A stretch of 61,847 nt of DNA, the filler included, from Sluysia triapertura (Eukaryota), in the NCBI GenBank assembly GCA_046118255.1. It is 5 parts of 5 records of this genome, joined end to end, with 100 filler letters (N's around TTAATTAATTAA, not from the genome) between each part and the next. Parts side by side here need not be neighbours in the genome. Positions count along the whole stretch, not along the records: positions 12,867 to 24,586 come from JBJNIA010176696.1; positions 24,687 to 35,442 come from JBJNIA010193847.1; 3 more parts are not named here. One strand, given 5' to 3'. A program made the translations under genes and the position numbers. The notes under the pieces were generated by a model that saw only the letters and a program-made list of their open reading frames with translations, was not told the origin of the DNA and made no database searches. The number at the start of each line of letters is the position of its first letter. Within the stretch, counting starts at the first letter, position 1. Positions 13,032 to 27,186 of this stretch are shown here, in pieces.

Positions 13032-16000
13032 TTTATATTACAATTTTATTTAAAGTCTTGTTGGAGAATAAATTACGTTTATTACCTATTATTTGTTTTA
13101 CTATTGTAGTTCAACTTATATGTTCATTGTCTACTTTTATAATTTTTTGTTTAAGTTTTAGTTACACTTAATTATTTAATTGACAAGATATAACATTATT
13201 TAATCATAGTTTCTTTTGTCTTTCTTTTATTTTAATAAAGTTTAGAATTAGCCAAGATAAAGTTTAGAACTAATTACAATTAAACCTGTTATAATAACAT
13301 ATCCATTATCATTCTTGACATATTACTAACCTTCATTATTTCTAATACTTATTTCATTTAACGCTGAAAAAATCAATACGCTGGCCCTTTAGTGAATAAG
13401 TCCAGTGTCACAGAGAACTCGCATAAAATAGCAAATATATACATTAATACACTGATAAAAGATATAAGTAAAGTGAACAAAAGTAGCAAAATATTTTACA
13501 TATAATAGCGAAATTTTCACATACTTAATACATTAATAGCACAAATATAAAAGAGTAGAATTTCGCAGGACACATAATTCCGAACACAATTTTTTAACAT
13601 TTTAAATCTTCATCGTTCACAAATCTTAACAAGGCTTCATCTAAACCATCATTCATTGTCAAAACAACAGCATTCATAATCTTCGATAAATTTTCAGTTT
13701 TTGGATTCAAGTACTGCATTTTTGGGATATTTTTACATTTGGCAAATTCGATTTAAAATTTCCGTTTGTTCATTTCTACAGAAGGTTACACACTTTACAT
13801 AGTGTATTAAAGTGTATTGAATTTTTATTTGTAACATTTTTCGAACAGCTATATTAAAGAAGCAAAAAACTATTTCAAAAAGTTCATAATAACAATTAAG
13901 CGATCTTTAATTGTAGTAATATTGCATTATTTTTCGTATTGATTAAAATATAACATTTAGCTTATTAATTAGTTATACATATCGAATGTAGCAGCCATTT
14001 TGTTATTTATGATAGATTAATGAGCATAGTATTATTCGAAATAATTAAAAATTAAAATTGCATGAAATACATAAATCCTTTTAACTGGACATTACTTCTT
14101 CCGAATTTCTGTTTGCTTCTTTTGAGTTTTCGAATACTTTTTCATATTGTAGTTGATATTGTGCAATTCTTGTTTCAATAATTAAACCATAACATTTCTT
14201 TATATTCATTGGCTGTAAAGAAAGTTTCGAGATAGTATTGATATATTATTTGCACTTACTTCATTGGGCTCTGTTTTAGAAGTGAATCTACTTCTTTCGA
14301 AAAAATAAAATTAGAAATTTTCAGTTATGCCACTGTAGTGATTAAGCTCATTTAATAATGACTGATTTCGCATATTGTCTACTTGACATCCTGCACTGGA
14401 ACTATAATTGTTGCGATTTATTATTTAAATCTTCTTATTTCTTATTCTTCTTCAATTTCTTGTTATTGTTTAAGACTATTATATTCAATTTCTAACTCAT
14501 TGTTCAGCAATTACGGAAACATTGTGTTTTATGAAACCCCATATATGAACTAACAGCTTAAGGTGAACTTGATTCGTAATTTTTACGCTGTTTTGAGTAT
14601 TTCTTCTCTTTATTTCTAAAGCTTGTGTAATAATTGTCAAAACTGGTTACAATTCTGAAATATTTTAGTTTTATTTATTATTATTTTTGCACAGCAGTAT
14701 TATTTTTTAGGCTAATAAAATGTAACACCTGACATTATAAATAGGTATAGATTTTTGCATAAAATAATGAAAAACCAAAGGTAAAGAACTTATGAATTGG
14801 CGGTTATTTGATTGCAATGATTGACACGTTATTGACATCATCAGATATCATTTCTAACACACTCCTTTGGCAAGTAATGAGTACAAATAATTAATAACTC
14901 ATATTTTAGTCGCTTCACCATATTTGATCCATTATCGATTTGAGATTGTAATAACGTAAGTTTTTCAACTGTAAGGTTCTTCCTAAATTAACTTTCGGAA
15001 TAAAAATCTTTGAATTTTTTAACGATAAATTGTTTATAAAATCTTCACACATAAAGTATTACATTATTGGCTTAATACTATGTTATTATTCGATATTATA
15101 ATAAAACTTTTTGAATAAGTTTGTTTCATTTTGGTTTTTTAGTTACAACACTGTATATACATATTTGTTTATTTTTTCATTTGTGTGCCTACTAAATACA
15201 CGCATTTCTTTTATTATTTGTAATTCCTCATAACAGTAACAACCAAATAAGGGTATTTTTATTGTTAAAGAAATCGGAGGAAAGCCGTGAGTACCGTCAA
15301 ATTCAGAAATAAAAGTAAAAAAAACTAGTTGCCCTTTATAAAACGAGTTAAGGAGCTAAGTTAGATCAACTCACCAATTTAGTGAGTTTGAATATAAGGA
15401 GACAATCCGATTATACAATAAAACTTTCAGTATTAAAATAAAAATCCAGTCTGAATAGTGCTTCGAATTTATTTGCTGCGTTAAAATCCTATAGATACGT
15501 CGTTCGGGAAAACCTAAATCGTATATTATAGGCGAACCCAACTTAGTTTTTGACTTTGTAATATTAAATTCATATAATTAAATTGCATTTTACACATCAA
15601 CAAAAATTAAACAGGAAAAAAACTCACAATAACGCATAACTTCCCATAAATTTGAAATTTTGTATTTCAATTTAAAATCACATCGCTTTCGAACATAAGT
15701 ATTTTAAATATATTTTAATAAAATTTAAGGAATTCTTACAGTACACATAATATTCTTACACTTCATAAAAGACAGTGTATTAATTATGCATTATAACCTT
15801 AAAGGTTTCAGAAATTTAAGGAAAATAAAATTTTTTAGAATATACGTTTAAACTTATTGTTAACCGTAGGATTTATTAATATTAAGTATATATAATTATT
15901 CATAATACATAAAGATAACACAACCAACCAAAAACCGGTGAATATATTTAGGATCTCCTTGTCCGAATTGTCTATAAAATCGATAATCAGCCACAAGTCT

Positions 16001-16536
16001 TAATGTACAATATTTCCTTTGTCCATCTTCATTTGAATAACGCTTTGAACGAACTTAAATTTGTTTAATATTTTTAATTAAAATATAAATTCAACAAAAT
16101 AAATATACATTTGATAATAATTAATTAGGAAAATGTTTAAATTAATATTTATTAATTTGAATAAAGATTATTCATCAATAATTAATTAAAGCAAAAAGTA
16201 GAATTTTCATTGATATAAATATTGTGTACAAATTTTATCTCAATGTACAAATATAAACTTTTATTTTGCTATACTTTTAAATTTTTAAGAGGAGATATGA
16301 GTTGTTATATGGATTCAAAAGTGAACATGGAAGAAAATATTTATTGTATTGTTAAAAAGTGCAAATATCAATGAAATAAAATATCACATATTCGAAAATT
16401 TATTAATAAAGTAACGCCTAAATTTATTGTTCATTCATTGATGACTAGCTATGGTTTATTGTACTCCATCTCATATAGAAAAGTGAAAAAATTACAATAA
16501 TTAATAATTACAATTAATAATTAATAATTATCCTCC

Positions 16537-16760
16537 AAGTGAGAAGAAGATCTAATGTAACACCTTATCTTAAGGAATTACATTGGTCATCAATAAAAGC
16601 AAGAATATAAGTCAAAATCATGACAATAATTTACAAATGCTTACATTACGGAAGTCCTGAATATCTCTTAGAAATAATAAAAGATTTGGAAACCAAGATG
16701 AATATTTCATTGAGACAAGAATCTATACGGAATCACAGTGATAATAGAGTGTAAAATATA
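16537..16760 (+). mobile_element. L2/CR1-group LINE ORF2 C-terminal remnant
   Basis: RRSNVTPYLKELHWSSIKARI*VKIMTIIYKCLHYGSPEYL matches the L2 'ITPVL..LHWLP...RI.FK....YKAL.G.AP.YL' motif. Confidence 0.8.
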
Positions 16761-19700
16761 CTACCAGCTACCAGAGAATGTCAAATTACTGGAAGATTAT
16801 GAAATATTTAAGCAAAAGGCAATGTTCTTTTGTTTCAGAAATATAAAAACATAAAATGATTTTAAAATGTAAAAATACAGAGAAAATATTGTTAATTTGT
16901 AGAGGGTTTATCAGAAAAAGTTTAAAGACAGGTGACACTTTTTCAATCACTGCATTTCCATTGTTATCAAGCAATGGCATCATTTGTAATAAATCTTGAG
17001 GCTTACCAGAATGTGGAGGCCATTTGTAAATAAATATTCTAATACCACTACATCTAGCATCTATAATTTTGGTACTGAAGTATTTGTAAAACTTTTATAC
17101 AAAAGTTTTTTGTTAGATTAAAATTTATTATTAATGTTTAATTCAATTACTAAATACTTAATTATCTTATATTTCTTTAAAAAAGGATTAAACTTCAATA
17201 CATCATGCTTTTTGGGAAGTCAGGAATTGCATCAAAACGTTATCATGTCTGGTTGAAATCAATTCGAAGCCGCGAACTAGAGATTTTACGAACTTTAAAA
17301 TTATAAATTTGTTTTGCGCACTCCATAAATTTCGACTTTTGTTATTCAAAAGTTTGTTTAATTATTTTCAGTCACTTAATAAAATTTTAATTAAAAACCG
17401 ATGCCTTTTAAATCTGAAATTTCATAATAATATGAAGGACCTTAAGTCCATTTTTGATCCTAAACTTTAATATTAAATGGTTCTCATAATTTTACAAATT
17501 TAACTCTAGCAAACGCCTTACCGCCATCTCAGTATATATTAGGATGCTCCTATGAACTCTAGCAAAATTTAGATGTTATCTGTTTGTTTTCTCCAGGATG
17601 CAGTTTTGTGCCAAATTGAGTATAAACACTATTATTGAAAGATTTTTCCGTTATTTTGATATTTAGGACTTGCACAACTAACAGAAACAGCAACAAGATG
17701 CCATTATACGGATTTGCTTGTTAGTAACACAGTAACATTGTTCAGAGTCCATATCATCAAGCAGTGTCATAATAATGCTTGTGTACTTGCTTATTTAGAC
17801 AAAAAAGATGTCAACATTCTAAAAATTAATATTTTTTCGTGCCAGTGTCAGCAATTTTGTTTTGTTGTGCTACAGTTTGCACATATTGTCAGAATTTTAT
17901 AATTTTTTGAATAACATTCAGTATTAACCCTACTGTGTTGTACGTAATGCTTTTACTACAGAGTATACCTTCACATTAATTTAAATTTCAGATTGACAAT
18001 GTAGCATTGGGGTTTTGTATTAGTCAGCCACTGTCAAGACATAAGCTTCAGATGCTATCTGGCTTGTCGGTGGGACGCATGCGAGTTTTAGTCTCAGACT
18101 GTTGTCTCGTGGAGAGGTCCTTATAATCTTAACAAAATGAGCCTGGAAGATAGCATTTCCAGACAATGCGGTTGCTATTACCAATCTGGAAAATAGCCAG
18201 AATTTCAACAAGGGCACCCAATCACGTAGTGGAGCAAGTAAGAAAACTCAATGGCAAGGGCTCAAGAAACTAATTAACCGAAAGTCAGATAAAAATTTAG
18301 TATATCAGGAAGAATTCAAAAAAACCTTAACAACCTATTAGACAATGCGCATAATAATGCCATGGATCGCTTGTTTCTGGAAACACAAAGGGACGAGGGT
18401 CGTCGAAGTTCCATGGCAAGGTTAAAGAGAAATACAAAGAAGGAAAGCACAAGCATCTTTGGTTGCATCCACCAGTGCTGAAGAAACTTCATCGTTGTCA
18501 GAGAGCAGAGTGAATGGTGTAACTCCTGCAATTGCAGCAGCAATAGATAAAATAAACACCAGTAATCACAATGATTCTTATCTCCTATAGCAGTAGCATC
18601 GAAAATGAGCTCCGATCATTATTAGCCACAATGCTATGCATGATATTATAAGATTTGAGTTTATGTTCTGTGTATGTTATTTGATGATTAGATATTTTGT
18701 GTAATATTGTTTTGAAGTTTGTTAGAGATTTTATTTATTAAAGATGTGTTATTTTGTGTTGTTTGCGTTGTGTTTACAATTGAAGCATTTTAGTCTTGAG
18801 TTCGCTACAATTACTATTATTATAATTATAATTACTGTTACTAAAATTATTATCACCATTATTATTACTACGATTCAAGAAAGAATCAGAAAAAAAATAT
18901 ACGAATAAGAACTTTGACAGTATGCAATCATTAAGATTATAACAGCTACGAAGTTATTGAAAAATTTACATTAATAATTTAAGTACTTCCTTGCACATTT
19001 CACTGACTGGGATTGAATCTATCATTCGTTATTCAATGCTTTATTCAATGCTTTAATTTCAATAAATTTTTTAAAGATTTTATAGGCTTGTTTAAAATAG
19101 CCATGGAAAAATTATTAATGAATTTAGATATATTTTACGCATTGTATAAAATGTGCGTATCTTACATAAAAAATTAAATTATTTTTGTTTGCTTTTGATT
19201 TGGGGTAAGATCAATAAGAATGGAAATTTTCTGTCAGATTTATTACAAATGTATGATATCTTTTCAGATGACAAGATATTGTCCTTTAATAATAATTATT
19301 AAAATAATAATCATTGAAATAAATTGGCCAAATAATAGAAACTGATTATAAACAAAATTAATTATAGAAGAATTATTATTATAATTATATAATTATATAA
19401 ATTCCATTAGTATTAGGCAAGGACATCGAATTAACTTAAAATTTTGTTGAACAACATATTTAGTCAAATCATTTGATATTTTATTGGGGAATACTAATTA
19501 GATTAGTATATTATTGGAACATTTTATCGGATTGAACATACTTAAAATTGAATGGTCAGATCTTTTGAACATTTTATAGAAATATACCAACTGGACACTA
19601 TGTTGGACCAAATATCTGATTTTAAAGACATATAAAACAAAATAATTATTAATATAACATTTAAAAAAGGTTAAAATTTGTTAAACTAAAATTAAATTTG

Positions 19701-22700
19701 TATATATTTTGTATAATGTTATTATTAGTTTTATTTAGTTATTAATCCTAGTTTAGTTAGTTTTATTTTTATGTGGAAATATAAATATTAATAAAACATC
19801 TTCAAAAAATTACAAATATTAAATTAAATTGAAATTATAAAAATAAAAATTTTATTACAAGTTAAATTATTAGTAAAATACGAATCAGCAAAAATCATTA
19901 GACCATATAAGTACTACAAAAAGATTAATTGAACTAATACTCATTCAACCGAATTGATAAAATTAAAATTTTGTATGTCGTTGTTTGATAAATTCAATTG
20001 TTTTTTTTAATTTTGTGATCAAATAACAATCTATCTAATCAATTAACAGGCAGTTGTAATTATTCAATCTATTCTTCGTGACCATTAATCAATTGAGTTT
20101 GTTGTATCTTTAGTTTTTTCTAACTTATGTTTTTATACATTTTCAAAGAGTTTATAAAATTTACTCAAAAATCTTAATACAATTTTTATTAACTATATAA
20201 TAAAATTAAATTAATCTATTTTTCTTAAAATAAATAATTTTTCGATTAACTCTGATTTTCAGATACATTTAAGAAATAAATTTAAATTAAAAAGTTTATA
20301 TTTTATTTCGAATAATACTGTCAATATGTAAAAAGTAATAAATAATAACTACGTTGTTCACAAGCTGTGTATGTATGCAATACAGCAGTTCAAATCAATA
20401 ATCATTATAATTGTTCAAAGTTTATTTAAATAATTATTTAACAATGTTTATATTATATATGAGGATTAATATTTAAATTTGTTAAATTTATTTATTAAAT
20501 ATGTAAATAAAATAAGTAAAATATTTTAAATACATAGCTATAATTTAATTTCTTTAAATAATTTCAAGGACACTCTAAAATATTGTATAAATATATGTAA
20601 AATTTGTAGTATAAAATTCATAGTATAAAATTTATAGTATGAAAATATAGTAAAACGCTCACACAATTTTTTAACTTCTATTTACATATTGTGGCGTCGA
20701 AACTAAATATTTTAACCACGCATAACATACCAAACGAAATAACTCAAAATCTTTTCACATAAAAAAATTCAAATAAAAAAATTAAATTTCTATGAAACAT
20801 CTTCAATTTCCTTAATTTTCTTTTAGCACTCTTTTTCTTACACACTTCTTAACCTCCTATCAAATTGTCCTTTTGACTTGCATTTTTCTAACACTCCTCT
20901 TCACTATCACCTCTTCCTAACTCTTTTTTACACAACCGATAGGGACAACAATAACAACGATAATAAACCAACCAATTCAATAACCAAGTGTGAATAATCA
21001 TTTCAACCAACGAATTCTTTAACCAGAAAAGTACTTTGCCGCCTTGCGAGTTTTTCACAAAATCCAGTATATGTAGAAGTAATCCCGAATCAACCATCAA
21101 CTAAACATTACAAAACATTGTCGCTTGCATAAAAAGAGAGATTAACGTTAAAATTTCGATAGCGAATTCGTGATAAAATTTTACTTCAATGATGAAATAC
21201 ATTCATGCAGTTGAAATAATTCCACAATCGCTGGAAAATAATAAACAGTTTATGATAGAAAGAAAACGCAAAAGTTATGGCAAATAAAATTGGTGACCCA
21301 AGCAACCATGAAAGAGCTTAAGAACAAGTTATAAATGAGTGTTTGTGCAAAGGCGGTAGTAAACTTGGCTCAAATATGCGATTCAAATGTAATACTAATT
21401 TACGTATCATGCATTCATAATCTGAAGTGGTTTTAAAAGTCATGTAAGAAAATTGAAGATTCTGGTGATCATTCAATTAATTCAGTTTCTAAATTGACTA
21501 AGTTTAATAGACTAAAATTACACGTTTCTGATGATGAAAAACAAAGTGCAGAATCAGTAGTTATTATTAAAAACATGCTAGACGATAATCATTATTAGAA
21601 ATAAACATGAATATCAGAAAATTAATAATCAAAAATTAAATAATCAAGTGAATGCTATTCTGTCAACATTAACAAAAAAAAGTAGATGAACTTGAATTAG
21701 ATAATGATAATATTATAAATAATACTGTATATTTTCAAGAGAATATTGGTAATGTTGAAATAAATTTTATAAATGATCAATAATCGATCGGCAACAGTCG
21801 AAAGTAAGGGAATTATTTATTGAATGTATCAATTTTAGACGAAAATAATTGATTTTATGCTTTATCGTAAAATTTTAAGATTACAATTTTTCATGTAAAA
21901 ATAAATATATAAGTTGCCAATGGATATTTTATGATATATATATACACTACTAAAATTAGTAGTGTTCACAATTAATTTAAAAACAATTATATTTAGACTG
22001 CACAAGAAAATTGCAACACGAGATAAACTCAATTATCAATGTATTTCGTATTTACTGATAAATGTAACTACAAAATCAATCAGGATCAAAACGATGAGGA
22101 AGCTAGCGAAAAAGCATTAGAAGAAGCAAAGATTCTTGAGTTTAAAAGACAACAATTATGCCGACAGCACACGAATCATGATGTCAGCGACATGCAAATC
22201 TTCTAGAATCTATTCCAACATTCAGGACCAACGCTTTTAGAAATCATCACAAGTCAATGACTTTTACTACTCAACTGGCTGAATATGTTCTACAATCTTT
22301 AGTTAGCTTTCACGCCGACGAATTTTATAATATCAAATCATGATCTAATTTTATGTTAACTATTAAATTAGATGGCTGTCTTATTCGCGCGACCATTTCA
22401 AAATTGAAGTAGAAAATGGAAAAGTCAATAAAACTATGAAGAGATCCATTAGTAGTGTTAGTCCAGGTAATAAAGTACCTATTTATCGCTATACGTCTGA
22501 CATTTCTTGTATGATCATACAAATTGGTGAAATGATAAAAATTTATTTATAATCCATTAGTGAAAATAATGACTACTTCTTCAAGTTTCTGAAAGTATGT
22601 TGTGTAAGTCATAAAACAGTACTTAATTATCATCTATATTTTGTGATTTATTCTTATCTCTATTTTTAAAATGTCTTCTCTCAATGTTTTATTCATGTAA

Positions 22701-23149
22701 TAAAGTAGTTTTGAAGTTTTATTTTTGTATTAAAGCCTTTTTAAAAGAAAATATTGTATAACTTCTGTTTATAACTGATTTTAAGTCTAATATTGAAATT
22801 AAACCGAATAAAATTCTTTTAAATAAATATTATATAAAGATAATGCTTAATCCAAACATTATTTTTGTATTTGGCATTACTCTCTTTGAAAGCTGTTATA
22901 TTCTTATTTGTTATATTCTTATTTTATATTTTCTGGCATAGTAAATTATTCGCTAGTTTCTTTTTATAAGTTTGTTACCATTTTTATTGGTAGTAAATTA
23001 TACTTCTGTGTTGTTCTACATCTTCATATTCATTTTCATAATCTTTTTGGCTTCTATAATTACAATTAACCTGTCCCTTAACCTTCCTATTCGGGCTTTG
23101 GTATTGTCCCCTTACCTTATTAAAATCCTGAGTAAATACATTTTGTCTT

Positions 23150-24124
23150 AACTTCTTATAATCTCTTGCATAATATCCTTTTTTATTACAGTTGTCACAG
23201 ATTAATTCTCCATCTATATTAGTTTGAGTCTTATTATTATTTTCATATCTTGTTGGACTTTTACTTCTATTCCTACTAAAGTTAGAACGTGGTGGCCATC
23301 TCGGTGCTGGTCTCTGTTCATAATTAGAAGCACCATAATTACTTGATCTATTTTGGAATCCTCTGTTATTATTTCCTCTATAATTATTTGAACTACCCCT
23401 GTAATTGTTTGAACTATTTCTGTAATTACTTGAATTATTTCTATTATTGAGTCTATAATTATTTGAATTTAAGTTATTATTATTGCCTCTACGTGGGCTA
23501 TTATGTCATTATATTCTTCATAATTCCGTGAGTTATATTTACTATCATTATAATTATTTCTTGTTAATTTTGGGCTTTTATCCCCTTTTTCTTCATTATC
23601 GTAGCTTATGTAATCAATATTATTATTATTTTTCTTATATATAATTGAGTGTTCTATGATTCTTAATATTTTAATTACTTCTTTAAAAGATTTTCCTTCT
23701 ATTAAGTTAACATAAGTTATTAATCCAGTTTTCACTTTATCTTTTAATGTCATTTCTTTTTTATCGTCTGGGATTTTGGCTCTAGCAACAAGGCTTTTAA
23801 GAGCGCAAGCATATTCATAAACAGATTCATTAGGTTTTGTATTCTAGTATTGAGCATTTTTGCATAATATTTACCAATATCATCAAGAGCTATTTCTTCT
23901 GTAAATGCATTAACAAATTCATTCCAAGTTTGCTTATTATCACTTATTTCTTGGTATATCTGGATAGCCACTCCAGTTAGGTATTTTTGGATCCGTTTTA
24001 TTTTATCGGCTTCATTTCAGCCGTTAGCTTCTGCTATACTTTCATATTCAAATAAAAAATCGCAGAGATCTTCCTCTGCTCCGTCAAATTTTTTCATTTA
24101 GGGTAAAGACATTATTGGTCGCAT
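23150..24124 (-). mobile_element. Ty3/gypsy-type gag pseudogene
   Basis: 'KKFDGAEEDLCDFLFEYESIAEANG*NEADKIKRIQKYLTGVAIQIY...TWNEFVNAF' capsid motif, an Asn/Arg/Gly-rich linker, and a degenerate zinc knuckle 'CDNCNKKGYYARDY'. Confidence 0.8.
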
Positions 24125-24586
24125 TTATCTGGCTAATTGTGCCATATATTCTTTAAATTCATTAGGTAAAGCCATATAATTCCTTAATTTTGATCTGTAA
24201 TCTTCGTATAATGCAAGTTGCTTCTCTATTTTTTCTTAAGACTTAATCTATCAATAATTAACTTAGGGAGTAATAATTTTGCCTAAATTTATCTTATTCT
24301 TAGCTAAATCTTAATACAGTGGGATGCGAACTTATCACACCTGTTTTTAACAACAGGTGCGATAACTCTTAAAGATGCGATAAAATTTTACAAAACAAAC
24401 ACAAAACTATACAATTATTTTGGAATAAAAAATCTGTACAAAGTGTTCTTTTTTGTGCTTAGATGAAAATCTAGAAATAACTCGTTGCTTGAGATTTATC
24501 AGTTCTGCGTAAGAATCATGATCATGTTCTAGTAATATAGCCTCAAGCTCATTTAATTTCATTATTGCATCTTTGTGTTCAGTTTT

Positions 24587-24686
24587 NNNNNNNNNNNNNN
24601 NNNNNNNNNNNNNNNNNNNNNNNNNNNNNNTTAATTAATTAANNNNNNNNNNNNNNNNNNNNNNNNNNNNNNNNNNNNNNNNNNNN
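24587..24686. other. Artificial 100-bp contig spacer
   Basis: 44N + TTAATTAATTAA + 44N. Confidence 0.97.
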
Positions 24687-24829
24687 TTGATAATGAGATA
24701 AAATTGCAATGCATGAATCTTTAAAGTCTTTCTGTCAAATCTCACAAGATCTTTTCTGTCTTTAAATTCTGTCTTCTTACATATACAGTAAGGATGAAGT
24801 TGGAAGTGAAAGTGATAAGAGAGATGAGA

Positions 24830-25398
24830 ATGTAGGGTGATTAGATGTTGTTGAAAGGTTTACGCTGAGGATGTTTGTTAAAAAGGATTGGAGTTTGTTT
24901 GATTTTTGGATGATTATTGCGAAATAATTTTGTATATGTTATGATGTTTTTACGAATGGTTGTGAATGGTAAGTATGGTTATGTGGCGTGGAATTAGACT
25001 GTCGTTATTGTTTATAACTTTAGGTGGGATAGTCTTGTTTCTGAATTGGTTAATAATAATATTTGGATATTATTGTATCAATGATTTATGAAATTTGAGT
25101 TATGGTTTTGATTTCTTTGACGGAGTGTTTGATGAATGGATGTTGTGAATTGTTTGATAGGGTGTTTGGTGAGTGAGTGTTTTGAGTTATTGAAATGGAT
25201 GTGAAAGTTTATTGAGTTGGCAATGTTCAGATGTGATTTAGTTTATTGTGAGAAATAGTTTGGTGAAGTGTTGAAGGTTATATTTTATTGTTTGTGAATG
25301 AGTTAAGTGTGTTTTATGTTTGAAGTGTGTGATGAGTGGTGTTGTTTTGAGTGATGAATTTTTTATTTTATTATTAAGTTAAGGGGTTGACCACTACA
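24830..25398 (-). repeat. Solo-LTR-like strand-skewed repeat
   Basis: Almost C-free plus strand ending ggggttgaccactaca (rc TGTAGTGGTCAACCCC). Confidence 0.5.
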
Positions 25399-25915
25399 AG
25401 AATCAAATAGAATCAAAAAGAAATCGATTGCAAGAAATTACTGATTCATATTCAATTATTTACATATATTGTGTTACTTAATATTTTAAATAAATAAATC
25501 ATGCATTTAAATATCAGTTCAACTCTTTTTAGTAATATTTATCCAATTAAGCTTTATTTTACCACAACGCATTGAAGTGGCTAAAATAAAGTGATACATA
25601 TTGACTACTAAATTTAGCAGTTTCCACAACAAATTACTTAAAGCTAGTCAGACATTAATTAGAGTGTTATAAAGTTATTAGGACATTAATACAAAAGGGT
25701 TGCAAAGTTATACAGACATTGATTCAAAAATGATATAAAAGTTTGTATAGACATTGTAATTGAGACTTTAATTGAAAATATTTCAAGGTTTTTAATAAAA
25801 AATTAGATTTTAAACATTAATCAAGAATTAATTCATAGTTTAGTGAAAATTCATATTAGAGATATTTACTTAGCTATACAAAAGTGCTTTATTCCAATTC
25901 TACAATCTTAATCTC

Positions 25916-26300
25916 AACATTAGACTTCCCACAACCCAAAACAGTTACACAAATGCGAAGTTTCTTATGCCTAGTAAATTATTGTAGAATCATCTGGTTA
26001 GAAAAATCAACAAATTAATTGGAATACTAAATCTCTCGAGTCCTTCCACCAAACAAAACAAGCAATTATGGAAATTGAAAGTTTAGCATTTCTACTACAA
26101 CATTTACGTTCACCTTAACAATAGATGCTTCAAATATAGCAATAGGTGCGGTACTAGTTCAAAATCAACAAGAAACAACCAGACCCATCGAATTTTACTC
26201 TCATAAACTTTCTGCATAGTGAACTCGATATTCTGCAATTTATCTTTCCGCAAAAAAACACTTTGAGTATTTATTACTCCCGACGCAATTCACACTCAGA
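25916..26300 (+). mobile_element. Ty3/gypsy pol remnant (RT connection / RNase H)
   Basis: 'DFPQPKTVTQMRSFLCLVNYCR' and 'FTLTIDASNIAIGAVLVQNQQETTRPIEFYSHKLS...RYSA'. Confidence 0.88.
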
Positions 26301-26302
26301 AT

Positions 26303-26925
26303 TGCGGTGCCCAACCTCTTACTGTTACAAATTTTATTATCTCATCTCATAAAACTATATTCACCTTCAGAATCAACAATACACATTTTAAAGATTCATT
26401 AAAAACATTTCACTCATAACCATAATCACATCGATTAACATTTAAAATCAATAATGCACATTTAAATTTCATTTAGGACATTTTAACTCATAATATCACA
26501 ACATTAGAACTACATTTTACATCTTAAACCATCAAATATACATTTAAAACTAATTCAATTCATTTTCAAGTTCCAATATTCTACATTCACACCTTACCTT
26601 CTTTCAAAAAACGTCAAACTATATTTAAAAATTCATATAAAACATTTCCAATTTATACCTTACAACAACAAAATTATATTCAAGTTCAGATCCTTAATAC
26701 AGTTAAAACATTTCAATCATCGTTTCACAACATCAGAACTACAATTACACATTCAAATTAATGCAAACTTCTCAAATTAATAATCTAACTGCATAGGAAT
26801 CACACGCACTATCAGAATTAACAGATTACAACTAAAAAGTTCATAAAAACATTTTATTCACAATTCTTCAATACTTATCTATTTTAAGAACTAGCATTTC
26901 AGTAATAAACACAATTCAAATATGT
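26303..26925 (+). repeat. Solo-LTR-like A/C-rich repeat interrupting the pol remnant
   Basis: Starts TGCGGTGCCCAACC (same family terminus) and is strongly G-depleted. The end is approximate. Confidence 0.45.
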
Positions 26926-27114
26926 TAAGAAAAGGAAATCTAAATATTAAGGAAGATTATGTTATTATTAAGGCAACATTTAAATGATTTATGCATTTTC
27001 GTATTTTCTAAATTTGTCATTGTTATCATTTGTTTGCTTTCCAAATCAATAATTCTAATTTTTGGGGTAAAAATGCCTAAAGTACCATTTGGTAAAATTA
27101 ACTACAATAAAATA

Positions 27115-27186
27115 AAATCGATAGCTCAGTGGTAGAGCATTCGAATTGCGCACGAGAGGTCCCGGGTTCGATTCCCGGTCAGCCCA
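27115..27186 (+). repeat. tRNA-derived repeat / tRNA pseudogene (Ala-like body)
   Basis: Intact A box (TAGCTCAGTGGTAGAGC) and B box (GGTTCGATTCCC) followed by a T4 run. The acceptor stem 5' strand (AAATCGA) does not pair fully with TCAGCCC and the anticodon stem is imperfect. Related copies occur elsewhere in the window. Confidence 0.8.

Noticed and set aside
16290-16375. Possible further unc-79 exon
   Set aside because: No similarity to the expected 'VEA.ISLLKE' continuation, it ends in a stop, and it lies beyond an artificial spacer.
27115-27186. Functional tRNA-Ala gene
   Set aside because: Acceptor and anticodon stems do not pair properly and degraded relatives are dispersed, so it is treated as a repeat or pseudogene.
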